Assembly: GCA_943788985.1 (NCBI GenBank) | Contig: CALSSJ010000023.1 | Span: 64,001 to 128,000 of the forward strand | Direction: 5' to 3' | Source of the DNA: an uncultured Lentisphaerales bacterium | Lineage (GTDB): Bacteria; Verrucomicrobiota; Lentisphaeria; JABSQK01; UBA12247 | Length of the DNA stretch: 64,000 nt | Part shown: positions 1 through 10,047 of the stretch, piece after piece | Position numbering within the stretch: the stretch's first letter is position 1 | How the letters are laid out: every line of letters starts with the position of its first letter | Position numbers and translations under genes: made by a program | Notes under the pieces: model-generated | Told to the model about the DNA's origin: nothing | Database searches by the model: none | What the model saw: the letters and a program-made list of their open reading frames with translations, nothing else

Positions 1-236
1 TAGCTCGTACCTTCCGGAAGGACATCTTGAATCACGACATCGGCTGCGTCCACCAGTCCCTTTACGTGAATCTCTACGGGGAACTCATCGCCCACAAAAG
101 TCCTTGCGGGTACGATCTTCTCAAGGCGGACAGTAGGCGTCACGACTGTGAACGTTCTTACTTCCTCGCTGTCAGCCCAGCCGGGAAGCGTCAACAGCAG
201 TAGCGTCAAAAGGCCATATGGCACTACGGTCTTCAT
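1..236 (-). CDS. Exported protein with DUF11-like (OmcB-type repeat) domain, partial (runs off left edge)
   Basis: Not in the ORF track; translated by hand as MKTVVPYGLLTLLLLTLPGWADSEEVRTFTVVTPTVRLEKIVPARTFVGDEFPVEIHVKGLVDAADVVIQDVLPEGTS. Signal peptide, AGAAAGGA RBS upstream, VxxxDxLPxG motif typical of DUF11. Confidence 0.6.
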   Translation of the reverse strand, partial: MKTVVPYGLLTLLLLTLPGWADSEEVRTFTVVTPTVRLEKIVPARTFVGDEFPVEIHVKGLVDAADVVIQDVLPEGTS

Positions 237-287
237 GTATATCCTTTCTTGCCAGCGCAGCATCCTAATACGAATAATCGAACCGGT

Positions 288-315
288 AAGATAGCGAGCG
301 CTACGGCGATGTCAA
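288..315 (-). promoter_or_regulatory. Putative sigma70 promoter for the DUF11-like gene
   Basis: Minus strand TTGACA-N16-TATCTT, about 50 bp upstream of the ATG at 236. Confidence 0.5.
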
Positions 316-334
316 CAACCGAAGCGCACAGGAA

Positions 335-2030
335 TCAGTATGCGCCACCTTCCCCTAGCTGTCTGATCAGTATGTCGCGAACCGATTGCGTCTCCCGCAG
401 GCCTCCAGTTCCAACCTGAAATGGGCGCTCCCAAAAGGTTTCTCCCTCCACTCGGGCTCGCAGCACAAGCCCGAAACTGCCCGGCTGACGACCGCACATC
501 CGCTCGACATCCCAGCTGACAATCGCGGCAAAGGGCAGGACAAATCGCTCGTCCGCGCCTTCATGGACCAATCTCCTCTGGCGATGATCCACGTACAACA
601 CCCCCACGTCCACTTCTGGAAAGAGCTGGGGCAGTTCCCACTTGGCCCTTGGGATAGCGATGACACAAATGCCCCTCCGCTATTTTGTCAACGTTCTCAT
701 GACGGCGCCTTTCGATCACGTCCATCAAGCGGCTCGATTGCCCGCGACGACCCAGATTCAGGGCCATCAAGGCTGGGATCCAGCCGAGACCGACCAGTAC
801 GGCAACCGCGACCAGCTTCATGGATAGCGAGATTTCGTTAGGGGTGCAGGAGACGAGCATTGCAGCCATAAAGGACAAGCCACAGGCCCCCAGCGCCGAA
901 TACCCCGGCCAATGGCCCCCGCGCACCATGGCATATGAAGGCTGCGGCTGCTCGACCGGACGGGCGTGTATGCCAGCCGGCGGCAGGTCCCGACGACGAA
1001 GGGCGGCACGCAGCAAGGAAAACTCCCCCCTCGCAGCGCAATAGGCCCGCCAATCATTCCGCGCCAGAGATGCGGTAAGAATGACACCGATCAGGATGAT
1101 CCCACCATCTACGGCCATCGCTTTTAGATCCTGTACCTGAACGTACTGCGGCGCAAAATAGAGAAACATCCCCAGAAAAGTGATCAATCCGGCTGAGGCG
1201 AACGCCAACATCAGGGCCTGCGCCTGCATCGTCTCGACCAACTGATCAATCCGCGCCTGTTCGTCGCTCTCCCAGTCTGGGTCGGCCTTTTGCGGAATTC
1301 GCAATCGAAGGGCGTGGTGAAGCAATTGGGCCCCGTGACTCAAATCGTCGACCGAAAACTCGCCGCGCGCATGGCAGATCAGCAACCGGTCACGCGGGTG
1401 CCCAGAGGTCGCGACAGGGATCCAGCGGAAGGCGCGGATCGAATTTACGGGAATGACCTGCTTCGTACCCCGCCGGGTTATGATGAGGTCCGAATCAGTG
1501 AGTGCAAGGGCATACTTTCCGCTGCGAGCGACCAGCTGGTCCTGCTTGTGGAGCTCGCTAAGCTGCCGGTCATAAACGGCTCCGAGCTTACGGCCCAAGT
1601 AGATATAGATGTCGCGCCCGCGGCGAGTAAGATGACCAGGGCGAATCACCATCAACTCCTCCCCACGCAGGCCTATTAGGCGGATCGCGACCTGTCTGCT
1701 GCCGACGAGTGCGTCATTGATCTCGTAGACAAAGGATGCCAAGGCGACCGTGTTCCACGGGATCGTGACGTTGTTATCACGGCGACAAATTCCATGGTCG
1801 CTCAGCTCATAATTCTCCTGGTTCTCCTGTCGGTCAAACCAGCGAACAGCCAACAACAACAGATGAAGCCCAAGGGTTGAAGCGAGGATTTTCAGCGGGG
1901 CCCAGGGGTCGACGTATACACCCGCCCAGAGCGAGAGCATGAGCGCGGGAACAGCAAAATAGCGCTCGAGCAGCAGCAGCGTTCCGATATCAAAGCCACT
2001 GTCACACCTCGAAACTTTGACCGTCTGCAT
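335..2030 (-). CDS. Hypothetical multi-pass membrane protein with PH-like cytoplasmic repeats (one indel near 675)
   Basis: Likely start MQTVKVSR at 2030 with AGGAGG RBS. Three hydrophobic TM pairs. The frame of ORF 561..2462 appears to switch near 675 into [26 protein letters not shown], which continues into ORF 335..613. Confidence 0.55.
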
Positions 2031-3458
2031 GGCCCCTCCTGAGCTTGAGATAGCGCCGGACAGTGTTGATGCTGACGTCCAACTCTTTCGCAGCACGCGC
2101 CAGACTTCCGGTCTCGCGATACACGGCCGCGACATGCCGCGCAGCCACGCCTTCAAGCGTGTTGTCATCGACATCAGCTTCCCTCCGCCCGGTAAAGCGG
2201 GCGTAGTCTGTCGTCTTAAAAATGATACCGCGTTCGAGGATATTCTGCAGTTCACGGATGTTTCCGGGCCACGCGTGCCCCTGCAGGACCTTAAGCTGCC
2301 GCTGTGCCAGCGGTGCGAGACCACGGCGATAGCGGTAGTCGTTTGCGATCTCCGCCAAATCCTCCGGGCGCTCCCGGAGCGTGGGCATGCGTAGTTCCAC
2401 AGTGCTAAGTCGGTAGAACAGGTCTTCGCGAAAATTCCCAGCAGTGACCATCTCGCGCACACAACGATTTGTCGCAGAGAGAATCCGCACGTCTACACGG
2501 ATCTCCGTGTCTCCCCCTAGCCGTCGAAAGCGCTGCTCCTGAAGAACACGCAACAGCCCCGCCTGTGCCTCTAGACTGAGTTCGCCGACTTCGTCGAGAA
2601 ACAACGTGCCTTTATCTGCCTGTTCGAACGCTCCTTTTCGCTGCGTCAGCGCCCCGGTAAAGGCACCTTTTTCGTGACCAAAGAGCCGGCTTTCGAGAAG
2701 TTGCGGGGAGAGGTCGGCGCAGTTAAAGGTCCAAAACGGCTCGTCCCGCCGCTCAGACTGCCGGTGAATCAAGTAAGCAGCGGTCTCCTTTCCGGTACCG
2801 GTCTCTCCGGTAATCAAAACCCGACAGTGCCCTTCGAGGCCCACCGTACGAATCGTGTCCCGGACTTTCTCCATCTGTACGCTGTGGCCCCGAAGCTCGC
2901 GATGCCCGAACGTTGCGAACTCCGCAATCGCCTGATGATCCTGCCGGCGCAAGGACTGGCTGGTCGCAAGATGCCGAACCACGTCAGCAAACGCGCTTAC
3001 ATCGCCTAGGCGCCGATAGCGCGACATAGCGGATTGGATCAGGGCGCGATGATCGCCGTGGGCACTAGTCGCAAGCCCGCAGAGGAAGCGTTCTTGCTCG
3101 GAGATGTCGTCTCGAGCTGCGACTGCGCGCGCCAGAGAACCGTCTCGCAGGCCGATTACAGTTTTACTGAACAGGCTGAGGTCAATGCCGACCGGTGGTT
3201 CGCGGTCACTGTACCAGATTACGACTAGGTTTCGCTGCTTCAGCTTCTGCAATGCCACTACGGTAGAGTTCACGTCCTCGCCCAAGCCGACGCCGACGAT
3301 GTGAATGCGGCGAACCCCATCTGGTATTTCGCGTTCAACGTACGGGGGACAGCCGGCGCTTACTCACGCCGCGCACCTCGCATACCGAAGGTGCGCGCCA
3401 CGAGGACAGCGGCAGCACAGGCTGCGTCCTCTGCCCAAGCCGACAGGATCATGTCCAT
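2002..3458 (-). CDS. Sigma-54-dependent transcriptional activator (AAA+ / Fis-type HTH); N-terminus broken by indels
   Basis: Walker [15 protein letters not shown] loop, [29 protein letters not shown]-terminal HTH. Intact ORF is 2002..3285; upstream frames give [19 protein letters not shown] / [10 protein letters not shown] / [22 protein letters not shown], extending the start to about 3458. Confidence 0.88.
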
Positions 3459-4625
3459 TCGTTCAGGCGGGGACCATTTCGGTGCTGCACCGGCTCGCGC
3501 GGTTTCGGCTGCGGATTCTCGTCCATCACGCGCAATGACTCGCGTGCGACACTCAGCAGTAAGCCGATTGCGATGCTGCTGACTAAGGTAGTGGAACCAC
3601 CGTAACTAAGTAGAGGCGCGGCGATACCAGTGGTCGGCAATGCGCCTACAACCACGCCGATATGCACGAACCGAGGGCAGCCAAAGCATAAGCCCCAGTC
3701 CCGAAGCTGCTAGTTGCCCTGTTGCGTCCGGCGTAGCCGCAGAAATTCCAAAGGCCGATGCACCGAGCAGTAGATACAGTAGAATCACGGAAACAACGGC
3801 AACAAAGCCGAGCTCTTCTCCGATAATCGAAACGATAAAATCCGTATGCTTCTCCGGAAGATAGGCTTCCTTCATTCGACTGTTGTTGATGCCAACGCCA
3901 GTCCAGTGGCCGGAACCCCAGTGCGATCAGCGACAGCTTTAGCTGATAGCCTGGCTCCTTCCACCAGTTCAAACGATCCTTCACATTTGTGCTTAGGAAT
4001 GACATTACGATCACGATACAGGACGACCCCAATCAGGCCTCCCAGAACGTAACGGCAACTGAAGCCCGGCCAAAAACATTCATCATGATCAGCAGCATGG
4101 AGCAAATCCCGGTGACGCTCAAGCTGCGCTGAAGGACGATCGATCCGATCAGAACCCCGACGCCCAGCACAGGCTTCCACCACGTTCTGAAACGAGCTGC
4201 GAAGTGCGGCTTAGCACCGTAGTATCCGGCCAAAAACAACACCACTGCGAGTTTGGCCAAACTCGGATGGCTGGACGCTTTGGCCACCAATCGACAGCCA
4301 GCGATGCGCCCCGTTGATCGAAGGCGCACAGGGCAGGCTGAGAGTGGGAAACGTATGGGCAATCCCCAAATAAGCCACGGGAACAATCCCCGCGAACAGC
4401 AGCCACCAGCGCCAGCGGCAGAACCAACGATAGCCCACCAAGTATGCCATGAAGCCAAAAACTCCACCGACGGCAAGCCATTGCACCTGCTTCTTCAGGT
4501 ACGCCTCACCATCCGTCGCGGACGACGTGGAGTATAGCATCACGACACCAAGCCCGACCAAGCCGACTACGGAGATCCCGAAGAGCCAGCGCCAGAACAG
4601 CCAGGGCATTCTTGGTGCGCAGCAT
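3449..4625 (-). CDS. ftsW: SEDS family peptidoglycan polymerase FtsW/RodA (multiple indels)
   Basis: Fragments in successive frames: [61 protein letters not shown]. ftsW versus rodA is not certain. Confidence 0.85.
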
Positions 4626-4628
4626 CGG

Positions 4629-5710
4629 TCAGTTCTTGGCAGCTGCCAGCTTGTCCTCAGACTTAGCTTCAGGCTCGGCTTCCACCTCTGGCTTGAGCTT
4701 CTCATTGATTCGCTGTGACCAACTTCTTCTCCAATTCTGGATCTTCCTTGATCGCCACCTTCGATTGCTCGCGGGCCCCTGCCCAACTGAGAGTCCCGTC
4801 GAAGGAGAACCAAGCACCTTTCTTGTCGATAATCTTGAGGTCTGTAGCAACGTCGAGAATCGAACCGGCCTTTGAGATTCCTTCCCCGTACATGATGTCG
4901 AATGAAGCCTGCTGGAACGGAGGTGCCAGCTTGTTCTTGACCACCTTCACCACCACACCGGTTGCCGATCGGAGTCTGGCTTGAGTCCTTGATGATCTCA
5001 GCACGACGGATCTCCATGCGAACGGACGCGTAGAACTTCAAGGCATTTCCGCCGGTCGTGGTCGTCGGATTCCCGTACATCACGCCAATCTTCTCACGGG
5101 TCTGGTTGGTGAATATCACACAGGTATTTCCGCGGCTGATCGCACCGGTAAGCTTACGGAGAGCCTGGGACATGAGCCGAGCCTGAAGCCCGACATGCGA
5201 GTCTCCCATCTGCCCTTCAATCTCTGCCCGCGGCACGAGAGCTGCCACGGAGTCGATCACCAGCACGTCGATTGCATTGCTGCGGACCAAGGTCTCGGCA
5301 ATATTGAGTGCATCCTCTCCGCAGTCCGGCTGCGAGACCAGCAGATCCTGGGTGTTGACGCCGAGGAGGCGAGCGTAGGATGGGTCGAGCGCGTGCTCCG
5401 TATCGACAAACGCTGCGATGCCCCCATTACGCTGGGCGTTCGCCACCACGCTGAGACAGACCGTGGTTTTTCCGGAAGATTCCGCACCATAGATCTCGAC
5501 GATTCGCCCGCGGGGTACGCCTGGTATCCCCAGCGCCACGTCCAAAGACATGGCGCCCGTGCTGATTGTACCGATGTCCGCAGTTTTTCTTGTCGCCAAG
5601 ACGCATGATCGAGCCAGCCCCGTGCGTGCGGTCAATCTGGGCAAGGGCCGCGTCGAGATTTCCCTCTGGGGCCCGTGTGTTTTGGGATCTTTCTTTTTAG
5701 CCAAAGCCAT
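4629..5710 (-). CDS. recA: Recombinase RecA (several indels)
   Basis: [58 protein letters not shown]. The C-terminus [18 protein letters not shown] lies in ORF 4702..5004 and the tail in 4629..4850. The N-terminal [22 protein letters not shown] lies in a shifted frame. Confidence 0.96.
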
Positions 5711-5713
5711 ATT

Positions 5714-6931
5714 TTAGTCTCCTGTCGTGAGCTGAATTCGAAGTTGATTTAAAGCGAGTGACACGGTACGCTTTTTGGACCGTCTCGCGGTCGCCGCCCA
5801 AGCGGCGTTCCAGAACTCGCACGTCATTGTGTACCTGCGTGCAATAAAAACAAGCCCAACTGGCTTTTTATCCGAACCTCCACCGGGGCCGGCGATCCCA
5901 GTGACCGCGATTCCGGCCTCAAGATCCAGCCGCCCGCAGAGACCGCGCACCATTGCCTCCGCGGTCTCCGCACTGACTGCGCCGTGGGTATCAAGCGTCG
6001 CTTCCGGAACGCCGAGCAATTGGTGTTTGAATGCGTTGCTGTAGGTGATCATGCCGCCTGAAAAGACGTCTGAGACGCCCGGACGGGCCGTGATCGCGCT
6101 GCCGATTCCACCTCCCGTACAGGACTCCGCCACACCGAGGCGCGCCCCGCGTACCCGCAATTTAGCGACCACGCATTCCGCAAGATCGCCCTCGATTGCG
6201 AACTCCGCAAACTCGGCCATGATCGCGGCGAACGCCAGAGAAAGCTGCGAGGAGCATGCCGTAGCCGTAACGCGCACCGCCGTGGCACCATACGAAACAC
6301 AGTACGCAGGTGAAACCTGAGGAAAGTCCGCCAAGACGGCGAGCACGCGCTGCTCCACCTCTGGCTCTCCGACATCGAAGACCTTTAACTCCCTCGTTGC
6401 GGAGTTCGCAGCAAACAGCGCCTGCAGGCGAGGCACAATACGCTCCCGCATCACTGCGCCGAACTCTCGGGGTGGGCCGGGGAGCATGCCGACGGCCCGG
6501 GTTCCATTTGTGCACCACAATCCTGGCGCGACGCCTGCGGAGTTCGCCAGGATTTCCGCGCCAGCCGCTGTATGTGATTGGGCGTCGAGCTGTCCGGGGG
6601 AGATCTCCTTGCCCCGGGATTCAAGCGCCTGTCGCGAGTGCGCTTCCGCCTCTGGGGAAAACGCATAGGGTAAGGCAAGCGCATCGGCGATGGCTGCCCG
6701 CGATAGATCATCCCGCGTTGGGCCAAGGCCGCCAATGGTCAAAACCAAGGCCCCGCGCTCGAGCGCACTGCGCACTGCACCAGCCACGGTTTCGCGACTG
6801 TCAGGAACGCAGGTTTCACGATCAATACCCAAACCAATCTCAGCCAGCATCTTGCCAGCTGTGACCAGGTTGGTATTCAGCGTCCGACCTGCCAGCAATT
6901 CATCCCCGATCGAAACGACTTCAATACTCAC
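5714..6931 (-). CDS. cinA: CinA family protein (MoeA-like domain + NMN deamidase PncC domain)
   Basis: IGDELLAGRTLNTN, GGLGPTRDD, LPGPPRE, AESCTGG, GITGIAGPGGG-like C-terminus; canonical position upstream of recA. Compensated frameshift near 5775-5845. Confidence 0.92.
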   Translation of the reverse strand: MSIEVVSIGDELLAGRTLNTNLVTAGKMLAEIGLGIDRETCVPDSRETVAGAVRSALERGALVLTIGGLGPTRDDLSRAAIADALALPYAFSPEAEAHSRQALESRGKEISPGQLDAQSHTAAGAEILANSAGVAPGLWCTNGTRAVGMLPGPPREFGAVMRERIVPRLQALFAANSATRELKVFDVGEPEVEQRVLAVLADFPQVSPAYCVSYGATAVRVTATACSSQLSLAFAAIMAEFAEFAIEGDLAECVVAKLRVRGARLGVAESCTGGGIGSAITARPGVSDVFSGGMITYSNAFKHQLLGVPEATLDTHGAVSAETAEAMVRGLCGRLDLEAGIAVTGIAGPGGGSDKKPVGLVFIARRYTMTCEFWNAAWAATARRSKKRTVSLALNQLRIQLTTGD

Positions 6932-6942
6932 TAGATCGCCCG

Positions 6943-7506
6943 TCAGACTTCCAGCAGCTCTTTCTCTTTGGCCGCCGCACGATCATCGGCCTGCTTCGTG
7001 TAGTTGTTCGTCAGCTCTTGTACTTCTTCCTGTAGCTCCTTGAGGTCATCCTGGGTGATATCCGAAGCCTTCTCTGCCTTTTTGGCGAAATCGTTCGATT
7101 CTCGCCGAATGCCGCGAATCTGCACGCGAGCCTCCTCAGCACGCTTGCTGACCTGCTTGGCCAAATCACGCCGCCGTTCTTCACTCAGCTCTGGTACGGG
7201 CAAGCGCACGACGCGCCCATCACTGACTGGGCTGATCCCAATGTTAGCCGCGATGATCGCCTTCTCGATGCTGCCGATTGAGGTCGGATCGAAAGGCTGG
7301 ACGACGAGCATCCGCGGCTCGGGTGTGCTGATGTTCGCCAGTTCACGCAAGCGTGTCTGGGCGCCGTAGTATTCGACCATGATGCCTTCTACCAGCGCGG
7401 GAGATGCCTTCCCGGTACGAAATCCGGCTAGGGCCTGCTCAAACGCATCCAGCGCGCCCATCATACGCTCTTCGGTCGATTCTGCGAGGTCGTCAATTTC
7501 TGGCAT
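6943..7506 (-). CDS. frr: Ribosome recycling factor
   Basis: FRTGKASPAL, PELSEERRRDL, RGIRR, KEKELLEV; 187 aa. Confidence 0.96.
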   Translation of the reverse strand: MPEIDDLAESTEERMMGALDAFEQALAGFRTGKASPALVEGIMVEYYGAQTRLRELANISTPEPRMLVVQPFDPTSIGSIEKAIIAANIGISPVSDGRVVRLPVPELSEERRRDLAKQVSKRAEEARVQIRGIRRESNDFAKKAEKASDITQDDLKELQEEVQELTNNYTKQADDRAAAKEKELLEV

Positions 7507-7529
7507 GCTATGCCTCCATTATCGGTGAT

Positions 7530-8729
7530 TCAGGGACTGAGTGCTGGCAATGAGTCATTGCCTTCAAAGTTCTTTAGTGCTCGGACAGTGCGGAATTTCG
7601 TGTCCAGCATGAAAAGTGCAGTCCGGCCGCCCACGGTCCGGGCACAGACGATGTGCCGCCCGTCCGCTGCCCAAGTGGGCTCCTCCCAGTCACCGCCGAC
7701 ATCATCGTGCGCGTATTCGACGACGCGCTGCTTACGGGGAAGGTTCATGTCTACGAAGCCAATGCGATAACTCCGCCCTCGGCGCTGCGCGAAGCAAATG
7801 CGGTTGGTAAGTGGGCACCAGTCCGGTGAGACAGCCTCGTTGGTGTCCACCATGATCTTCTCTGCGGGGCCACCATTCGCTGACATCACATACAATGTGG
7901 GACGCATCCCGGAGCGATCCGAGACGAAGCAAATCAGGCGGTCGTCAGGAGACCAGCACGGCGATGTGTCCACAATTTTTGAATTTTGGGTAAGCCTCTT
8001 CTTGCCGTCCTGCACTACCCCGCGGGCATAGATATCTACTTCCCCATTCAGACTCAAGCAAAGCGCAGCGTACTTTCCGCTGTTGGAAAGCGATGCGTTA
8101 GAGTTCAGCCCGCGCTCACTCGAGAGCGTCCGCTGCTGCATGGTACTCGTATCCACGAGGCGAACCTGATTGGCGATTAGTGAGTAGCTTGTGTAGGTAA
8201 GGAACTGGCCCTGCGGCCCCCATTCCGGCTCGACGCTTAAATGCTGATTGTAGGTCAGCTGCCTCGGGCCTGCGCCATCGAAGTCCGCCAGCCAGATTTC
8301 CTTCACGCCTGCTCGTTCCTTTACGTAGGCCAGCTTAGCATGGCAAGGGCCCGCCTTCGCATCAGGAAAGGTACGAGTGATCAACTCGTCAACCGCGGCG
8401 TGGACCACATGCTTAAGCGCCACCTCCGTGGCGGCATTCTTGCGAAACGCAAACAATTGCTTGCCGCCGCCAGACAGACGAAACACCAGATCATGCTGCC
8501 CAGTTGCGCTGTACTCGACGGCCAGCGCGTAAGTCGATCCGCCAGCCCCCGGCGTGAACCAGTCCGCGTAAAGAATCGCGTCGGACACCGCCCTGTCCAC
8601 ATCGGCATTTCCGGACGATTTAATGCTAATGGTTGGGTTACCTGTGGCATCCGCAGCCGCTTTGTCTACGCGAATTTCATTCGCGTAGACACAATAAGAC
8701 AGTGACAATACAAAAAGAGCGCGAATCAT
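7530..8729 (-). CDS. tolB: TolB family beta-propeller periplasmic protein
   Basis: Likely start MIRALFVLSLSYCVYA (signal peptide). IWLADFDG, PD40-like repeats SPCWSPD, SPDW, EPTWAADGR. Confidence 0.82.
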   Translation of the reverse strand: MIRALFVLSLSYCVYANEIRVDKAAADATGNPTISIKSSGNADVDRAVSDAILYADWFTPGAGGSTYALAVEYSATGQHDLVFRLSGGGKQLFAFRKNAATEVALKHVVHAAVDELITRTFPDAKAGPCHAKLAYVKERAGVKEIWLADFDGAGPRQLTYNQHLSVEPEWGPQGQFLTYTSYSLIANQVRLVDTSTMQQRTLSSERGLNSNASLSNSGKYAALCLSLNGEVDIYARGVVQDGKKRLTQNSKIVDTSPCWSPDDRLICFVSDRSGMRPTLYVMSANGGPAEKIMVDTNEAVSPDWCPLTNRICFAQRRGRSYRIGFVDMNLPRKQRVVEYAHDDVGGDWEEPTWAADGRHIVCARTVGGRTALFMLDTKFRTVRALKNFEGNDSLPALSP

Positions 8730-8852
8730 GAGCGGTGGGAATTCCAAAGCAGGAGGTGGTTGCGGCGGCACGACGACTCCCGAATGGTAATACGCGCAGG
8801 CGGTTTGTAAACCTATTTGTGCGCACACACTCCTCTGATGACTCGTCAGAAA

Positions 8853-9932
8853 TCAGGTTCCGAAATAGCGGTCCCCATAATCCCCCAAGCCCGGCACGAT
8901 GTAGGCATTCTCATCCAGTCGCTCATCGATTGCCGCTGTGATGATTCGGACTTCCGGCGCGATACCGCGAAGTCGCGCGATACCTTCTGGGGCCGCAACG
9001 ACACAAACAACGGTTACCGTCTTGGCACCAGCCTCGCGCAGCGCGGTCAACGAGTCGCACATCGAGCCTCCCGTAGCGAGCATCGGATCCAAAAGCATCA
9101 CATGGCAATCTGCCAAATTGGCAGGCAGCTTCTGGTAGTAAGCACGCGCCACGGCTGACTCCTCGTCACGCTCCAAACCGATAAAGCCAACAGCCGCGTT
9201 GGGCACCAGCTCACGCGCTGTCTCAAGCAACGCCAGGCCTGCCCGCAACACGGGAACCAAGCAAACCGGGTGCGCCAGAGTTCGCCCGACGGCCGCCGAC
9301 AGCGGCGTCTGAATCTTTCGTGGTCGTGTCGCCACCTCTCGCAACGCCTCGGCAGTAAGCAGTGATGCCAGCCGTACGGAATTCTCGCGAAAGTCTGCTG
9401 GGCCGGTCGCGCGGTCACGCAGAATAGTCAGAGCGGCTTGGGCCACCGGATGATCGACTAACTTTACTCCCGCTATTGCGACCCCAGAGTTGGCCGTGCC
9501 GATGTCTTCCTGCCAGAGTTCCGGGTTACCGGCTATGAACGCCGACATCATTGCCACACAGCCGTCATCATCTAGGTTGGTGACCTCTACCCCTCCATCA
9601 CGCAGCCAGTCGAAATCTCCCCCGAAAGTTCGCGCCTCTCCAATTACAACACGCCCAATTCGAAACTGCCTAATCAAACCACTGCAGTAAAGACAAGGGG
9701 CCAATGTGCTAACCATGGTCGTGTCACCGTAGTAGCCAATACGACCGGCACTGCGAAACGCATCGGTCTCTCCATGAATCGAAGGGTCGTTCTGCTGCAC
9801 GCGGCGATTTCGTCCGCGGCCCAACAGCCTGCCGTGTCTGTCGAACAATGCTGCTCCAATGGGGATCCCCCCCTCAGCCAAGCCCTCTTCAGCCTGCTCA
9901 ATTGCCACATCCAGCATCTCCAGATCAGTCAT
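8853..9932 (-). CDS. upp: Bifunctional cytosine deaminase (FCY1/CDA fold) - uracil phosphoribosyltransferase fusion
   Basis: Start MTDLEML with GGGGAG RBS. Deaminase half: EGGIPIG, HGETD, PCLYC, WQEDIG. UPRT half: DHP, PVLRAG, LLDPMLATGGS, YIVPGLGDYGDRYFGT. Single open frame. Confidence 0.9.
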   Translation of the reverse strand: MTDLEMLDVAIEQAEEGLAEGGIPIGAALFDRHGRLLGRGRNRRVQQNDPSIHGETDAFRSAGRIGYYGDTTMVSTLAPCLYCSGLIRQFRIGRVVIGEARTFGGDFDWLRDGGVEVTNLDDDGCVAMMSAFIAGNPELWQEDIGTANSGVAIAGVKLVDHPVAQAALTILRDRATGPADFRENSVRLASLLTAEALREVATRPRKIQTPLSAAVGRTLAHPVCLVPVLRAGLALLETARELVPNAAVGFIGLERDEESAVARAYYQKLPANLADCHVMLLDPMLATGGSMCDSLTALREAGAKTVTVVCVVAAPEGIARLRGIAPEVRIITAAIDERLDENAYIVPGLGDYGDRYFGT

Positions 9933-10047
9933 CTCTCCCCTACCTTGCCAATTCTGAGCCTTTACGACCCCCATAACACGAAGCAGCCCCGCACTTAACG
10001 ACCCGCTCACACTTGATGGAACCGCCAATCATTGCAACCTTTTGGGC

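Noticed and set aside
2031..2462. N-terminal extension of the 633-aa ORF overlapping the sigma-54 activator
   Set aside because: Alternative frame of a conserved gene; a strong RBS and ATG at 2030 give a better start.
4211..5710. Apparent RecA-FtsW fusion protein (499-aa ORF)
   Set aside because: The genuine RecA C-terminus is present in other frames and the joining sequence is not protein-like; it is an indel artefact.
3449..5710. Programmed frameshifting or true pseudogenes in recA and ftsW
   Set aside because: Multiple and compensating shifts, no slippery-site pattern and intact conserved motifs point to sequencing error.
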